This document shows positions 51,440 to 63,999 of a stretch of DNA of 64,000 nucleotides, piece after piece. Source of the DNA: Octopus bimaculoides (lineage: Eukaryota); contig NC_068991.1 in assembly GCF_001194135.2 (NCBI RefSeq), forward strand, positions 73,073,302-73,137,301. The letters run 5' to 3'. The position numbers and the translations under genes were made by a program. Positions within the stretch are counted from its first letter, which is position 1. Each line of letters begins with the position of its first letter. The notes under the pieces were generated by a model. It made no database searches. It was not told where the DNA came from and worked only from the letters and a program-made list of their open reading frames with translations.

Positions 51440-51765
51440 CCCACACCGGGCATTGTGAGTGTTTATTGAGCGAAAACATCTATAACTCCACGAGGCTCTG
51501 GCAGGGGTGGGTGGGTGTCGAACCCTGCTGTACTCTTTCACCACAACTCTATCTCACTTTTTTTTCCTGTTTCTGTTGTACCTGTATTTCAAAAGGCCAG
51601 CCTTGTCACACTCAGTGTCACGCTGAATCTCCCCGAGAACTACGTTAAGGGTACACGTGTCTGTGGATTGCTCAGCCACTTGCACGTTAATTTCACGAGC
51701 AGGCTGTTCCATTGATCGGATCAACTGGAACCCTCGTCGTACAAACCGACGGAGTACCACGACGA
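51440..51765 (+). mobile_element. SINE family C, headless
   Basis: Close match to 49385-49705. Confidence 0.9.
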
Positions 51766-52957
51766 TATATATNNNNNNNNNNNNNNNNNNNNNNNNNNNN
51801 NNNNNNNNNNNNNNNNNNNNNNNNNNNNNNNNNNNNNNNNNNNNNNNNNNNNNNNNNNNNNNNNNNNNNNNNNNNNNNNNNNNNNNNNNNNNNNNNNNNN
51901 NNNNNNNNNNNNNNNNNNNNNNNNNNNNNNNNNNNNNNNNNNNNNNNNNNNNNNNNNNNNNNNNNNNNNNNNNNNNNNNNNNNNNNNNNNNNNNNNNNNN
52001 NNNNNNNNNNNNNNNNNNNNNNNNNNNNNNNNNNNNNNNNNNNNNNNNNNNNNNNNNNNNNNNNNNNNNNNNNNNNNNNNNNNNNNNNNNNNNNNNNNNN
52101 NNNNNNNNNNNNNNNNNNNNNNNNNNNNNNNNNNNNNNNNNNNNNNNNNNNNNNNNNNNNNNNNNNNNNNTGGTGATTCCCAAACGAAGGTGAGCGTGTA
52201 TTCATTTCAGTTTGTGCGTGCGTATAGGTATAAACTGATATATATATATATATATATATATATAAATTTCGTTTTGACTAGGTGCAAGGCTAAATTTTGT
52301 TGCAGAGTTCGTATGATGAATGGAATGGATCCAATTATATTATTGGTAACTATGTTTATTGACTATGCAAAGATGATAGGTAATGTGATCTCTGACCGAA
52401 CTTTATTTCAGATTTTCTATAATTTTGAATTTAAGCACTATGATCACACACACAGTGACACTCTTGCGATGTCACTGTTTAGTCATTCTATAATTATACA
52501 AATATAGACACGAATAATTATTGTGTGTATTAGTTTTCAATGAGATAATTATTATCAGCATCTTTTACAGGATTGTTTTTCTGGCTACACAACATACACG
52601 ACATCGTGCCAAAATAGCTTCTCCTTTTGTTTCCTTTCATCCGATGTATTTTTCGTTTCCTCTAGTTTATTATTATCATTATTATTGTTGTAGTTTTTGG
52701 TGTTATTATTTTATTGTATGAAACAGAGAACTCACATAATCCCATTAGTAATGTAATTTGATAACAATCCGTTATAAATAGACAGTTTATCATATAACTA
52801 TCACAGATGAATTATTCAAGGAGCTAATTTGATTCGGTTGCCTTTGAAAAGATATATTGACGGTCCATTTAACAAGTCAGTAGTAAATACAGACGACAAT
52901 ATGGATGCAAACACACATCAACGTTAATATACTTCCTCTCACGCCACAGGCCACAGG

Positions 52958-53002
<45 letters not shown>

Positions 53003-53055
53003 TGCATGTATAAATGTGTATTATAAAAGCGTATATTATATATGTGTGCCTGTAC

Positions 53056-53168
53056 ATATGTGTGTGTTTGTGTTTTTATACGTGTGAGACAGTCTGTCTG
53101 TGTGCCTTTAAGCGGAAAGAAGAAACGTGTTTAACTGCGTATTTATACGAAACATTTGTCAAATAAAA
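53056..53168 (-). repeat. Right arm of the 113-bp inverted duplication
   Basis: See 51032-51144. Confidence 0.9.
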
Positions 53169-53329
53169 AAAATTATAATGACATATACTGTCTGGCAAAA
53201 TAAAGGTAAGATGAAATGGCTAAAGGAAATGAATATCCAACGCACAGATACACACACACATATCCACACATACGTTCATACATGTATGTATATATGTATA
53301 TGCGTGTGTTGGTAGTGGTTAAACAGTAT

Positions 53330-53870
53330 ATTGTTTCAAAGTTGCACTGTACTGAATATTCTAGCCATGGCGAAGGGTAGCAGTTCTGCCATACGGAGGT
53401 ATGAAACGAATGATCGAGCGGATTACGTCCAATCTTGTGTTAGGGTTTATTGAATTTTCCTGAGATTAACCACTTTAAAAATCCTGAAATAAATTGAATT
53501 TATTGCCAAGATGGATACATCGATGCAGGATACATGAATCATGAAGTCACATGAAAATCGAAATGCTCATATAGGTAATGATCTTGGACACCAACTACCT
53601 CTTACGAATTGTGTCATATGTCACAAAACTTGTAAGACAATATCTGGACATATGCTAGTTCACAAAAGCATTCCTTCAGAATCAGATTCCAACGGGCAAA
53701 GAAACTTGAATAATATCTGTCACTTGTGTTTTAAACTCTGTCAGTCAGCAGCTGGTCTTAAAAGTCAACTGAGGGCTCATCAACAGAAGGATTGTGCTGT
53801 GTGATGGGGTGTGCGGTGTGTGTTGATGGGATGGCTATCATCTGTCAAGATGAGGCAATCATCATGTATG
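53330..53870 (+). mobile_element. RTE-clade LINE 3' fragment with C-terminal zinc-finger-like motifs
   Basis: ORF 53541-53804 contains CVICHKTCKTISG..H and CHLCFKLCQSAAGLKSQLRAH, followed by a short UTR ending in an atcatc/atgt-type repeat. Upstream frames are broken. Confidence 0.65.
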
Positions 53871-54396
53871 CATGTATATCATTATTCAATTTGATTTCAA
53901 GATTTCTTGCCAATAGAGAAAGAATGTTTCTAACCTGGATCTAAGACTCCTTCATTGAAATTTCAACATTATCAACAATATCAACAAGGTATGTTGCATG
54001 TATCTGTGCATATGTGCAGTAGAGTCAGTGCATGTGCAGATTTATATGTTTTGTTTTGAATATGCACTCTTATGAACATAGTTGCATGTCTAGACATACG
54101 CATGCGTACTTAAATGATAAACTACGGGAAAGTTTTATAGATTTTTACAGTTTCAGTGATAGCTTAGCTCTGTAGTCTTTGAATCAGTTTTCTCCTTTCT
54201 GGTTTTGAGAAGCCTAATTTCTCAAGGCTGGTACTTAGTCAATGTGTTACATATCCCAGCGCTCCCAAATTTTGTATGTATGTATGTCTCTTCTATTTTT
54301 TAATTATTATAAATCTTCCATTGAGGAGGGATCCGATTTCCAACGAAAATACAAGGCTCCATTTTTGGCATGTATGTATGTATGTATGTATGTGTA

Positions 54397-54645
54397 GAGG
54401 CGCGTAGCTTAGTGGTTAGGATATTGTACTCATGATCAGAAGATTGTGCTTTCGATTCCTGGACCGGCCAATGCATTCTGCTTGGCAAAAATACTTTATT
54501 TAACGTTACTCCATTTCGTTCATCTGGTAGAAATATGAATAATCCTGCCATGGATCAGTGTCCTGTCCAAGACTGGGGAATATATACGCTATCAAATACT
54601 AGAGACTGGCATTATGAGCCTATGGTTCGAACAGGACGTTTGATA
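54397..54645 (+). mobile_element. V-domain-type SINE, full length, diverged
   Basis: gaggcgcgtagcttagtggttagg / ctttcgattcctggaccgg head; body homologous to 7602-7778. Confidence 0.8.
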
Positions 54646-55284
54646 CTTTGTATGTGTGTCTAGGGAGTGCGGATGTTTATAGAAAGGATTTGTTGTATGC
54701 ACCTGGAATTTCTCTTTTCAACACTCGAAAGTCTAGCGTTCAAATGGCTTGTTACCTTTTTAGGAGTTTATTCTGTAGTAAATATTCAGGACTCCGGTTT
54801 CAACATAATATTCTTCTTTTCTTCATTGCACCAGTTTCCGAATTTTTGCTGTACGATTTCTCTTGCAATTCATAAAAAAAAAATACTCATACATTTCTAT
54901 ATAAGCAATTCATAATAAATGAATAATTCATGAAATAAAAAGCATAAATTAAGAAACGCCACGGTTGATTTGTTAAGATGGTGTAATTCAAGTCGTATTA
55001 AATGACTTGCTTTTATTAATCATAGTAATTTTAAATGTTTTTACTATCTGAGATGTTCAAATGCAAATTTATTTTGATTAGGCGTCATTAGTTTTTATTT
55101 TAACTGCATAAATAAAACAAAAGAAAACATTTTTCATTGAATACCAGAAATACCGTAATGTAAGTGTTAATATAATATAAAATGATTGGAAATTTCTCAT
55201 TCCTACACATTAACAGAAAATATAAACATTTACTCATGATCAATAGTCTATAATTGATGCATAGCTTTTATTGGTGAGGAGAGT

Positions 55285-55323
55285 TGATCGTCTGATGATC
55301 GTCTGATGATCGTCTGATGATCG
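55285..55323. repeat. 11-bp tandem repeat (tgatcgtctga) x3.5
   Basis: Direct reading. Confidence 0.95.
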
Positions 55324-55807
55324 ACTTTATAGAGACGTAGGTTCGTTTTAGTAAGATGCTAATATTCTGAAAATCTTGGTGTCTGAATTGGAGAGCAATT
55401 CAATGAAAGAGTCGAGAATCGAACCAAAGAGTAAAAGAGTTTACGCTCGCTTTCATGACATACTTGAATTGATTTGAGAAAATGTCATTGCTACACAGTG
55501 TATGGTTGAGAGCAGAAATTAGGTGGCCACTGTTGAATCGTGTTTAAACATATGTTTAAACAAAAATAAAATAAATCGCAAGCATTCGAAAGTAACCGGT
55601 TTATACATTGTATCTGAGGTTGAATATATAAAGATATAAACAGGCACATGAACTCGCATACACACAGACAGCCACTTATCAAAACCACAAATAAAGTTTG
55701 TCACCAAATTTAGTGTGTTCCAAAGATGCACATCATATTCCTATATCATCTGCTTCTTGCCGTGTACGAAAATTGCGTCTCAGACCGATCATACGTGCCT
55801 TCTTCTG

Positions 55808-55865
<58 letters not shown>

Positions 55866-55879
55866 ATGTTCCTATGTGT

Positions 55880-56110
55880 ATATCATTTTAACTCTTTCAA
55901 TCATCAGACTGCAACCATGCGGGGGCAACGCCTTGAATTGTTAGTCGAATCAATCTACCCCAGTAGTTATTTTTAAAGTCTGGTACTAATTCTATCGGTT
56001 CCTTTTGCCGAACCGCTAACCACACCAACATCGGTTGTCAGGCTGTGACGAGGAACAGATAAACACACAGACAGACAGACACACAGACACACAGACACAC
56101 AGACACACAC
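55880..56110 (-). mobile_element. SINE family B 3' half
   Basis: Reverse complement of the family B 3' half ending at the internal (CA) tract. Confidence 0.8.
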
Positions 56111-56124
56111 ACATACACACACAC

Positions 56125-56250
56125 ACGTGGCGTGGAGAGGGGAAGCTGGTATGCATGGGCGACTGCTGGTCTTCCATAAACAACCTTGCCCGGACTTTTG
56201 CCTGGGAGGGTAACCTCCTAGGTGCAATCCCATGGTCAGTCATGACCGCA
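56125..56250 (-). mobile_element. Short interspersed repeat family D
   Basis: Homologous to 30801-30912. Confidence 0.7.
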
Positions 56251-56259
56251 GGGGGTCTC

Positions 56260-56480
56260 AGCATATATACGGGGCGGGTAAAATTCCCGAGATCCATGGA
56301 CGACTTCTTTCCAGCGGTCTTTGTCCCACATCAACGCTGCCATGTCCTGTGTCTCTCAAAGACCACTGCCTGCACTTAGAGCCTCAACATTGTCATCCTC
56401 GGTCTCCATCTTCTAGTGTGTCCGTTTAGGGGCTGCCAAAGGAGTATTCAACGCAGTATCAACTCTGAATGACTTTGAGC
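56260..56480 (-). mobile_element. RTE-clade LINE extreme 3' coding fragment
   Basis: Minus strand reads AEHAQSHSELI..ILLWQPLNGHTRRWRPR and ..MAALMWDKDRWK, the typical RTE ORF end. Confidence 0.7.
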
Positions 56481-56817
56481 ATGTTCAGCTAACATCAGTC
56501 CCTTCTGTGTTATTTTCGAGCTTACTATTGAGAGGTTCTTCTATAGCTCGGAGTTCTTCATATATATATACATATATGCGTGTGTGTGCGTATATATATG
56601 TGCGTATGTGAACGCGCGCACACACACAGACACTTATAAGACAGTTAAAGTTTGAAACTAGTGAAATTAGACGCAAGTGTGTATATGCTTCTCTGTGTAT
56701 GAGTGTATATATATATATATGAAATGTGCAACAAGGTGGAAAGAAGAGTACTCAAATACCGGAGGTAGAGTAATATGCTTTATTTAAAAGCAGCAGAAAT
56801 ATAACAAAAAAAACAAA

Positions 56818-56863
56818 AAAACCGTTACTCTGAGTTTCACGTTCCCGTTCATCGGACAGTTTT
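56818..56863 (-). ncRNA. Type I hammerhead ribozyme candidate, CCGAUGA core variant
   Basis: aaaactgt-CCGATGA-acg ggaa cgt-GAAA-ctcagagt-a-acggtttt: 8-bp stem I (one G-U), 3-bp stem II with GNRA loop, pseudo-palindromic stem III, GUA triplet. Confidence 0.72.
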
Positions 56864-56868
56864 GTTAG

Positions 56869-56914
56869 AAAATGGTCCGATGAACGGGAACGTGAAACTC
56901 AGAGTAACGGTTTT
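56869..56914 (+). ncRNA. Type I hammerhead ribozyme candidate, inverted twin of 56818-56863
   Basis: aaaatggt-CCGATGA-acg ggaa cgt-GAAA-ctcagagt-a-acggtttt; stem I has one G-G mismatch. Confidence 0.65.
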
Positions 56915-56971
56915 TTTGTTATATTTCTGCTGCCTTTAAATNNNNNNNNNNNNNNNNNNNNTTTAAATAAA

Positions 56972-57021
<50 letters not shown>

Positions 57022-57825
57022 GCACAGACGCATACTCATACATATATAAGATTAAGTGCTGGCTGAATCTCTCCCTCTCGATTATGTGTGTGTGTATCAT
57101 TGTTTTTGTGAGTTAGTTTGTGTGTGCGTAATGTACCTAACAACTTGTTCAACGAGCAGTGAAACTGTTCTATTTAATGTTTATATAGAGAACAATTTCG
57201 ACAGGTTCATTTAAGACAAGTGTGTTAAAGTGGCAATTTATAATTTCGTGGAGAATTCTATGGGGATGTAAAAAAATAAATGTTTGACGAGTTTTAAGTA
57301 AAATTCATTGAAAATAAGTTTAAAAGGTTAATGGTGTAAGTGAAAGTATGTAAGGTAATTGATGGCGAGAGAAGGTCAGAGATGGCCAGCTGAACAGTGG
57401 AATCACTTGGGTATTAATCTCTATTGAATTTACTGAGGTCAAGAAGACAGAGGGGAATCATTGTTGTAGTTAGTTTGGTGTAGCTTATATTTATACCTAT
57501 GTATGTTTGTAGAAGTGTTTTAGTTCCTACATATATNNNNNNNNNNNNNNNNNNNNNNNNNNNNNNNNNNNNNNNNNNNNNNNNNNNNNNNNNNNNNNNN
57601 NNNNNNNNNNNNNNNNNNNNNNNNNNNNNNNNNNNNNNNNNNNNNNNNNNNNNNNNNNNNNNNNNNNNNNNNNNNNNNNNNNNNNNNNNNNNNNNNNNNN
57701 NNNNNNNNNNNNGTTTCTCTTTGTGTTTTGGAAAATATAAGTTTAATATGGTGAATTAAATGTATATAAAAATATGTACTATATCTTGGAAATGGAGGAT
57801 TCTGATTGGCTAAAATTAGACTTAC

Positions 57826-57885
57826 AGCAGGTAAAAACATCTTTGAGAAGTGGACCGCATGAGACGTAGGTCATCAACACGCGTG
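57826..57885 (-). other. Candidate 60-nt internal exon (unassigned)
   Basis: Acceptor ttttgtttgagtgcag, upstream CTAAT, donor GTAAGT; two of three frames are open; not inside a recognised repeat. No homology recognised. Confidence 0.2.
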
Positions 57886-58146
57886 CTGCACTCAAACAAA
57901 ATGTTCAGTGAAACTTTTTTATTAGGTGTGCAATTGAGAAAGCTCAGCAGACAGCAATTTGCCGATGATTGATTTCATGGCCTGAATCTTTCTTTTATTA
58001 GAAATTTCTACAAAAAGAAAATGTCATTTTCGTCATCATCATGCAAAACAACGTCAGATTGGGGAATCTGAAAAACGTCTGACGGTGAAAATATATTTAA
58101 ACAGATCGTCTCATACCAATACAATCTGTAATATTTTGCAAATTTT

Positions 58147-58363
58147 AAGGCAGCGAGCTGGCAGACGTTAGCACGCCGGTCCAAATGCTTAGCGGTATTT
58201 CTTCTTTTACGTTTTCAGTTTAAATTCCGCCGAGGTTGACTTTGCCCTTTATCCTTCCGGGGTCGATAAATTGAGTACCAGTTGCGTACTGAGATAGGTC
58301 TAATCGACTGACCACCTCCCCCAAAATTTTCGGGCCTTGTGCCTAGAGTAGAAAAGAATACTC
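58147..58363 (+). mobile_element. SINE family A (tail A2) with perfect 10-bp TSD
   Basis: tgcaaatttt at 58137-58146 and 58364-58373. Confidence 0.93.
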
Positions 58364-58735
58364 TGCAAATTTTGAATTCCTGTATATGAATAGGAGTTTT
58401 AGTTCCTTTGTGAGTACACGAATGTATTTAAGTAAGATTCTTTGTGTGTAAAGGTATCAGTGTATATGTGTGTGTATTAAGTTATTTGTATCTGAGATTG
58501 TATTTTAAATATGGAAATGTTTAAAATAAAAAGATATATACGGTAAAATATAAGGGGATTCAAATAAAGAATTAAGCTTATCAAATTACGTATTTTATTT
58601 TCTATATAATTCTATAAAATTCCCAATATATTTTGTATTAGTTTGTAAATTTGTAATATGTATGTTTTCCCTCAGGGATGAAATAAAATATGCAGCAAGG
58701 ATCTCTGCGTGTGTGTAGGCAAATGCCTTAGGCCA

Positions 58736-58784
<49 letters not shown>

Positions 58785-59784
58785 GCATATATGGGTAGAG
58801 GACATCACTAACAGTAAACAACATGAAATACGAAAACAAAGAGAGACAGATGAAAGAGAGAGAGACAGGGAGAGAGTGAGAGAGAAGAGAAACAGATCGA
58901 GAGAGAGAGAGAAAGAGAGAGAGAGATGAAGCAATCTTTCCATTCAGACAAACATAGAGAGATAGACCTATGACATATCGCATGAAAACACACAATGCTT
59001 TTGTTAATTTGTGTTTCAATGCGTTTCGTTGGCGTCACGTATTAATTAACTAAGCTACTGTAACAGCGTGGCTATGTGAATAATGTTGCAAATATATTTA
59101 CATGCCGTCTTTCAATAAGCACGAAGTTCATCTCGTTATAAGAATAGATCTTATGGTTAAGCTAGAAAGCTTTGAGTAAAGAACTCAAATATTTCAGCCT
59201 ATGCTTACAAGCTCGTCATGAATAGTTAGTTAATCCGTTGAAAGCTACGTTCCTGCTCTCTTCTTCCTCTCTGTCTCTCTGTCTCTCTGTCCCTCACTCT
59301 TTCTCGGATGAATATATATACTGATATTCAAACAACAGAAACACTATTTTTCTTTTGTGGTTTTCATAAATAACTACAAGTTATCTTTTGTCTCTCATCC
59401 TCTCTAAATAACGATTAAAGTAAACCTTTTGTTGAAGTGATGATGGCGGGTAAAATTAGTCACCTTGTTGTTCAGCATATTTTGCTGAGGGAGACCCAGG
59501 GTCTTTTTGGCACAATGATACTAAATGTAGTCTTATTACACATCTGTACACAGATTCATTGACAAACATACGTACAACACAATACATTTAATACAGGCAG
59601 ACAGACACACGCATAATATAATGAGAAAGACAGGCAGAGAATTGAGAGAGATATTGATCGATTGAGACGTACATAGATAAATAGATAGACAGATAGACAG
59701 AGAAGCACATTAGATAGAAGTGCAGAGGTAGACAGATAGAAAGACACACACACACACACACGTATATATGTGTGTGTGTGTTGA

Positions 59785-59826
59785 TTGATCGATCGATCGN
59801 NNNNNNNNNTGATCGATCGATCGATC

Positions 59827-59892
<66 letters not shown>
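59785..59892. repeat. (GATC)n grading into (GATA)n microsatellite around a 10-N gap
   Basis: Direct reading. Confidence 0.9.
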
Positions 59893-59893
<1 letters not shown>

Positions 59894-60952
59894 GGAAACG
59901 AGAGACCTCTGAAGTTTCCGTCAAAGAAATTTTACTCACAAGGAATTGGCCAACACGTGACTACAATAGATAGCAATAGTCCAAGCTGCCAAACAAAGAA
60001 ATCAAATCCGGAATATCGTAATCTCCGAGCAAACCTCTTAACCGCAAACGACATGCCCACGATATCTTTGCTTGTGTAATGCCAATCAACTGCGTATTTA
60101 TTTCAGTGGTGCTTAATATCTATAAACTGACAGCGGAACACAAAGAAATTCAATTGTGTCAATGTGATAGATGACAGCAGAAGTGCCATTGGGAAGGATT
60201 GAAATAACAAGAATGCATGTTCTCCGAGAAAAGGTAGAAGAATATCCACTGATATATANNNNNNNNNNNNNNNNNNNNNNNNNNNNNNNNNNNNNNNNNN
60301 NNNNNNNNNNNNNNNNNNNNNNNNNNNNNNNNNNNNNNNNNNNNNNNNNNNNNNNNNNNNNNNNNNNNNNNNNNNNNNNNNNNNNNNNNNNNNNNNNNNN
60401 NNNNNNNNNNNNNNNNNNNNNNNNNNNNNNNNNNNNNNNNNNNNNNNNNNNNNNNNNNNNNNNNNNNNNNNNNNNNNNNNNNNNNNNNNNNNNNNNNNNN
60501 NNNNNNNNNNNNNNNNNNNNNNNNNNNNNNNNNNNNNNNNNNNNNNNNNNNNNNNNNNNNNNNNNNNNNNNNNNNNNNNNNNNNNNNNNNNNNNNNNNNN
60601 NNNNNNNNNNNNNNNNNNNNNNNNNNNNNNNNNNNNNNNNNNNNNNNNNNNNNNNNNNNNNNNNNNNNNNNNNNNNNNNNNNNNNNNNNNNNNNNNNNNN
60701 NNNNNNNNNNNTATATCACGTGTGTGTGCAAATCTTGTTCGGTTTTGGTGACGGATGAAGAGTCAAATATTGGATCCCGAGTTGCACATAGAAACATAAA
60801 CAACAGCATTAAATTCCTCGAATGAAAAGCGGTTTGGGGCGTCCTTTAATCCCATATTTACCTGTTATTAATTTATATCTACTTCGAAATCTAGGATTCT
60901 CAGAAAAAATTGCTTCCCATTCTGTCCAGAGTTTATAAATTCTTATGGCTTC

Positions 60953-60989
<37 letters not shown>

Positions 60990-61317
60990 ATATTCATATA
61001 ATTCTGTGTATGTGTATGTGTGTGTATATAAATTTAGAAATTTCCATGTATGTGTGTATTTCCTCTCGGTTTATGTAGATAAAAGTTCCCTGGAGTACAA
61101 TACTAGTGCTACACACCATTGGTCAGGAAGCCATTTCATTGTAGCAGAATGAACCGTCGGCTGTTGGTATGCATTGCCTTAGTGTACTAAGGCAATGTGA
61201 AATCAAATGCTTCTGCTGAAGAAAGTGTTTTTGCTTAGTCTAGAAATCGAACCTCGGACTTCATGATCGCGCATATAACGACTTAACCTGTAGACAACAA
61301 TCATCCACCCAAATATG

Positions 61318-61660
61318 TTTTTATTCTTTTACTTGTTTCAGTCATTTGACTGCGGCCATGCTGGAGCACCGCCTTTAGTCGAGCAAATCGACACCAGGAC
61401 TTATTCTTTGTAAGCCTTGTACTTATTCTATCNNNNNNNNNNNNNNNNNNNNNNNNNNNNNNNNNNNNNNNNNNNNNNNNNNNNNNNNNNNNNNNNNNNN
61501 NNNNNNNNNNNNNNNNNNNNNNATATATATATATATATATACGACGGGCTTCTTTCAGTTTCCATCTAGCAAATCCACTCACAAGGCTTTGGTCGACCCG
61601 AGGCTATTGTAGAAGACACTCGCCCAAGGTGCCACGCAGCTTATTTACCACACAGCCACA
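61318..61660 (-). mobile_element. SINE family B with a gap in its interior
   Basis: 3' end at 61318-61432, gap 61433-61522, then (TA)n and the 5' half. Confidence 0.88.
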
Positions 61661-62639
61661 CACCTACACCTACATACACAAACACACACATACACACACA
61701 TACACACACACATACACACAAGTACACCTACATACACAAATACACGCATACACATACACACACCTGAACCTACATACACAAACACACCCACGCACACACT
61801 TGTTGGCACGCTGCGCCCACAAAACTACATGAATTTTGCGTATTAGAAGTGTTACATCAAACCAGACTGAATCGATGACAAATATAAATATTGAATATTT
61901 ATTAGTTCCCTAAAAATAAGAATATCGTATACCCCTAAGTTTTAAATATGGCTCAAGTTTAATCATGAGATTTTATATAACAATATTGGTTTATTTTATT
62001 ATGGAAATATTGGTTCCCTGTAGATATAACAATGTTATGATATAATAATAAAATATGGATGATACTTCGTAACATTGGCATTCAATATTGTAAAGCTATA
62101 ATGAAAAATCTTTATGAATTTATTGCTGTAAATAAGCTTTGCTATACAACGTTAGGTTGGTTGGAGGAACTCTGAAATAAAAATAGATCCTTGATAATAA
62201 CTTTTATGTCTTAGCTTTCTACGAATACATATACGCTGAAAAATTTCAGAACATATGCAGGTCAGTGGTTTTAAATGATCTTTCTTTGCAGTTTCTTTGA
62301 TAAAAAGACATCAGTAAAATCGAAATATTTGCTAAGTTTAAAGGGCAAATTTCTTTACTTCAGAAGCAATTTATTATCTGGCAGTAAATAACAGCAGGGT
62401 GAGCGCAGTCTCCAAAAGTTAACATTAGACAATACTTCTAACTTTAGTAACACAAACTTTTTTCATTGAAATATAGAGATAAAGATTACGATAAAAAAAG
62501 TTTAAATAGCTAAATAACAAAGGGGGAGAGGACAACATGAAACGAGTCTCTAAATATAGCGAAAAAAAAAAACGATGTTTTATAATAATTAAACGGTGAT
62601 CAACAGTTCTGTCGCAATTTGTGCGCATTCAGCAGAGCT

Positions 62640-62770
62640 GGTATTATTGTGCAGTGCAGAAGTTTGGTTCGCAAATACGTGGTTACGGGTTCAGTCCTAC
62701 TGCGCGGTGTTCCAGTAAGTGTCTTTGAGTATAGTTGTCAAATGAATTCCGAGTGAATTTGGTAGATGGA
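62640..62770 (+). mobile_element. SINE family B head, diverged, running into a gap
   Basis: gggttcagtcctactgcgcgg...gagtgaatttggtagatgga followed by the N-run. Confidence 0.7.
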
Positions 62771-63272
62771 NNNNNNNNNNNNNNNNNNNNNNNNNNNNNN
62801 NNNNNNNNNNNNNNNNNNNNNNNNNNNNNNNNNNNNNNNNNNNNNNNNNNNNNNNNNNNNNNNNNNNNNNNNNNNNNNNNNNNNNNNNNNNNNNNNNNNN
62901 NNNNNNNNNNNNNNNNNNNNNNNNNNNNNNNNNNNNNNNNNNNNNNNNNNNNNNNNNNNNNNNNNNNNNNNNNNNNNNNNNNNNNNNNNNNNNNNNNNNN
63001 NNNNNNNNNNNNNNNNNNNNNNNNNNNNNNNNNNNNNNNNNNNNNNNNNNNNNNNNNNNNNNNNNNNNNNNNNNNNNNNNNNNNNNNNNNNNNNNNNNNN
63101 NNNNNNNNNNNNNNNNNNNNNNNNNNNNNNNNNNNNNNNNNNNNNNNNNNNNNNNNNNNNNNNNNNNNNNNNNNNNNNNNNNNNNNNNNNNNNNNNNNNN
63201 NNNNNNNNNNNNNNNNNNNNNNNNNNNNNNNNNNNNNNNNNNNNNNNNNNNNNNNNNNNNNNNNNNNNNNNN

Positions 63273-63333
<61 letters not shown>

Positions 63334-63833
63334 CTGTGTGTGTGTGTGTGTGTGTGTGTTTGTGTATGCATGTAATATATATGTGTGTATATTTACGTGT
63401 GTGTGTGTCTTTCTGTCTGTGCTTGTCCACACGTAGCCGCTTGGCAATTCGGATTTATATATTTTACACTTAGGAGATTTTAACTGGGCGTACGTATACA
63501 ACATGGCATTCCCAACGCCACTGAAGAAACACTGCCAACCAAAATCCATCACAGAATATAAATTGCATGAATATTCGATGTTATTTGATAAATATCTGTC
63601 GCTACAACAAACAAAAACCATTTCTATTCTATTAAGTTTGGTGGTAAATTCCAAATGAATTCTAAAGAGAATCCTGAAATATTTGGCAAAATATATCAGT
63701 TTTCGCTTTACATCAATGATTTCTTTGTATTTAATTTGAATGTTATCAGATTTGACGGAAAATGATATCTATAAAAGAAACTACCTTTTGTTATGATTAG
63801 AAAACCACTTCATTGTTGTTGATGTTGTGTTGC

Positions 63834-63837
<4 letters not shown>

Positions 63838-63864
<27 letters not shown>

Positions 63865-63890
63865 TGTATGTATGTATGTATGTATGTATG

Positions 63891-63924
<34 letters not shown>

Positions 63925-63957
63925 TGTATGTATGTATGTATGTGTGTGTCTATCTAT

Positions 63958-63999
<42 letters not shown>

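Noticed and set aside
53541-53804. Zinc-finger ORF as a host C2H2 gene
   Set aside because: The fingers are degenerate, lack TGEKP linkers, follow broken RTE-like frames and precede a LINE-type tail; this is a LINE C-terminus.
55285-55323. Three CTGATGA words in tandem
   Set aside because: They are produced by an 11-bp minisatellite, with no downstream GAAA or stems.
63430-63601. Minus-strand open frame DRYLSNNIEYSC...MDFGWQCFFSGVGNAMLY after a good acceptor
   Set aside because: No convincing donor site and no recognised protein similarity.
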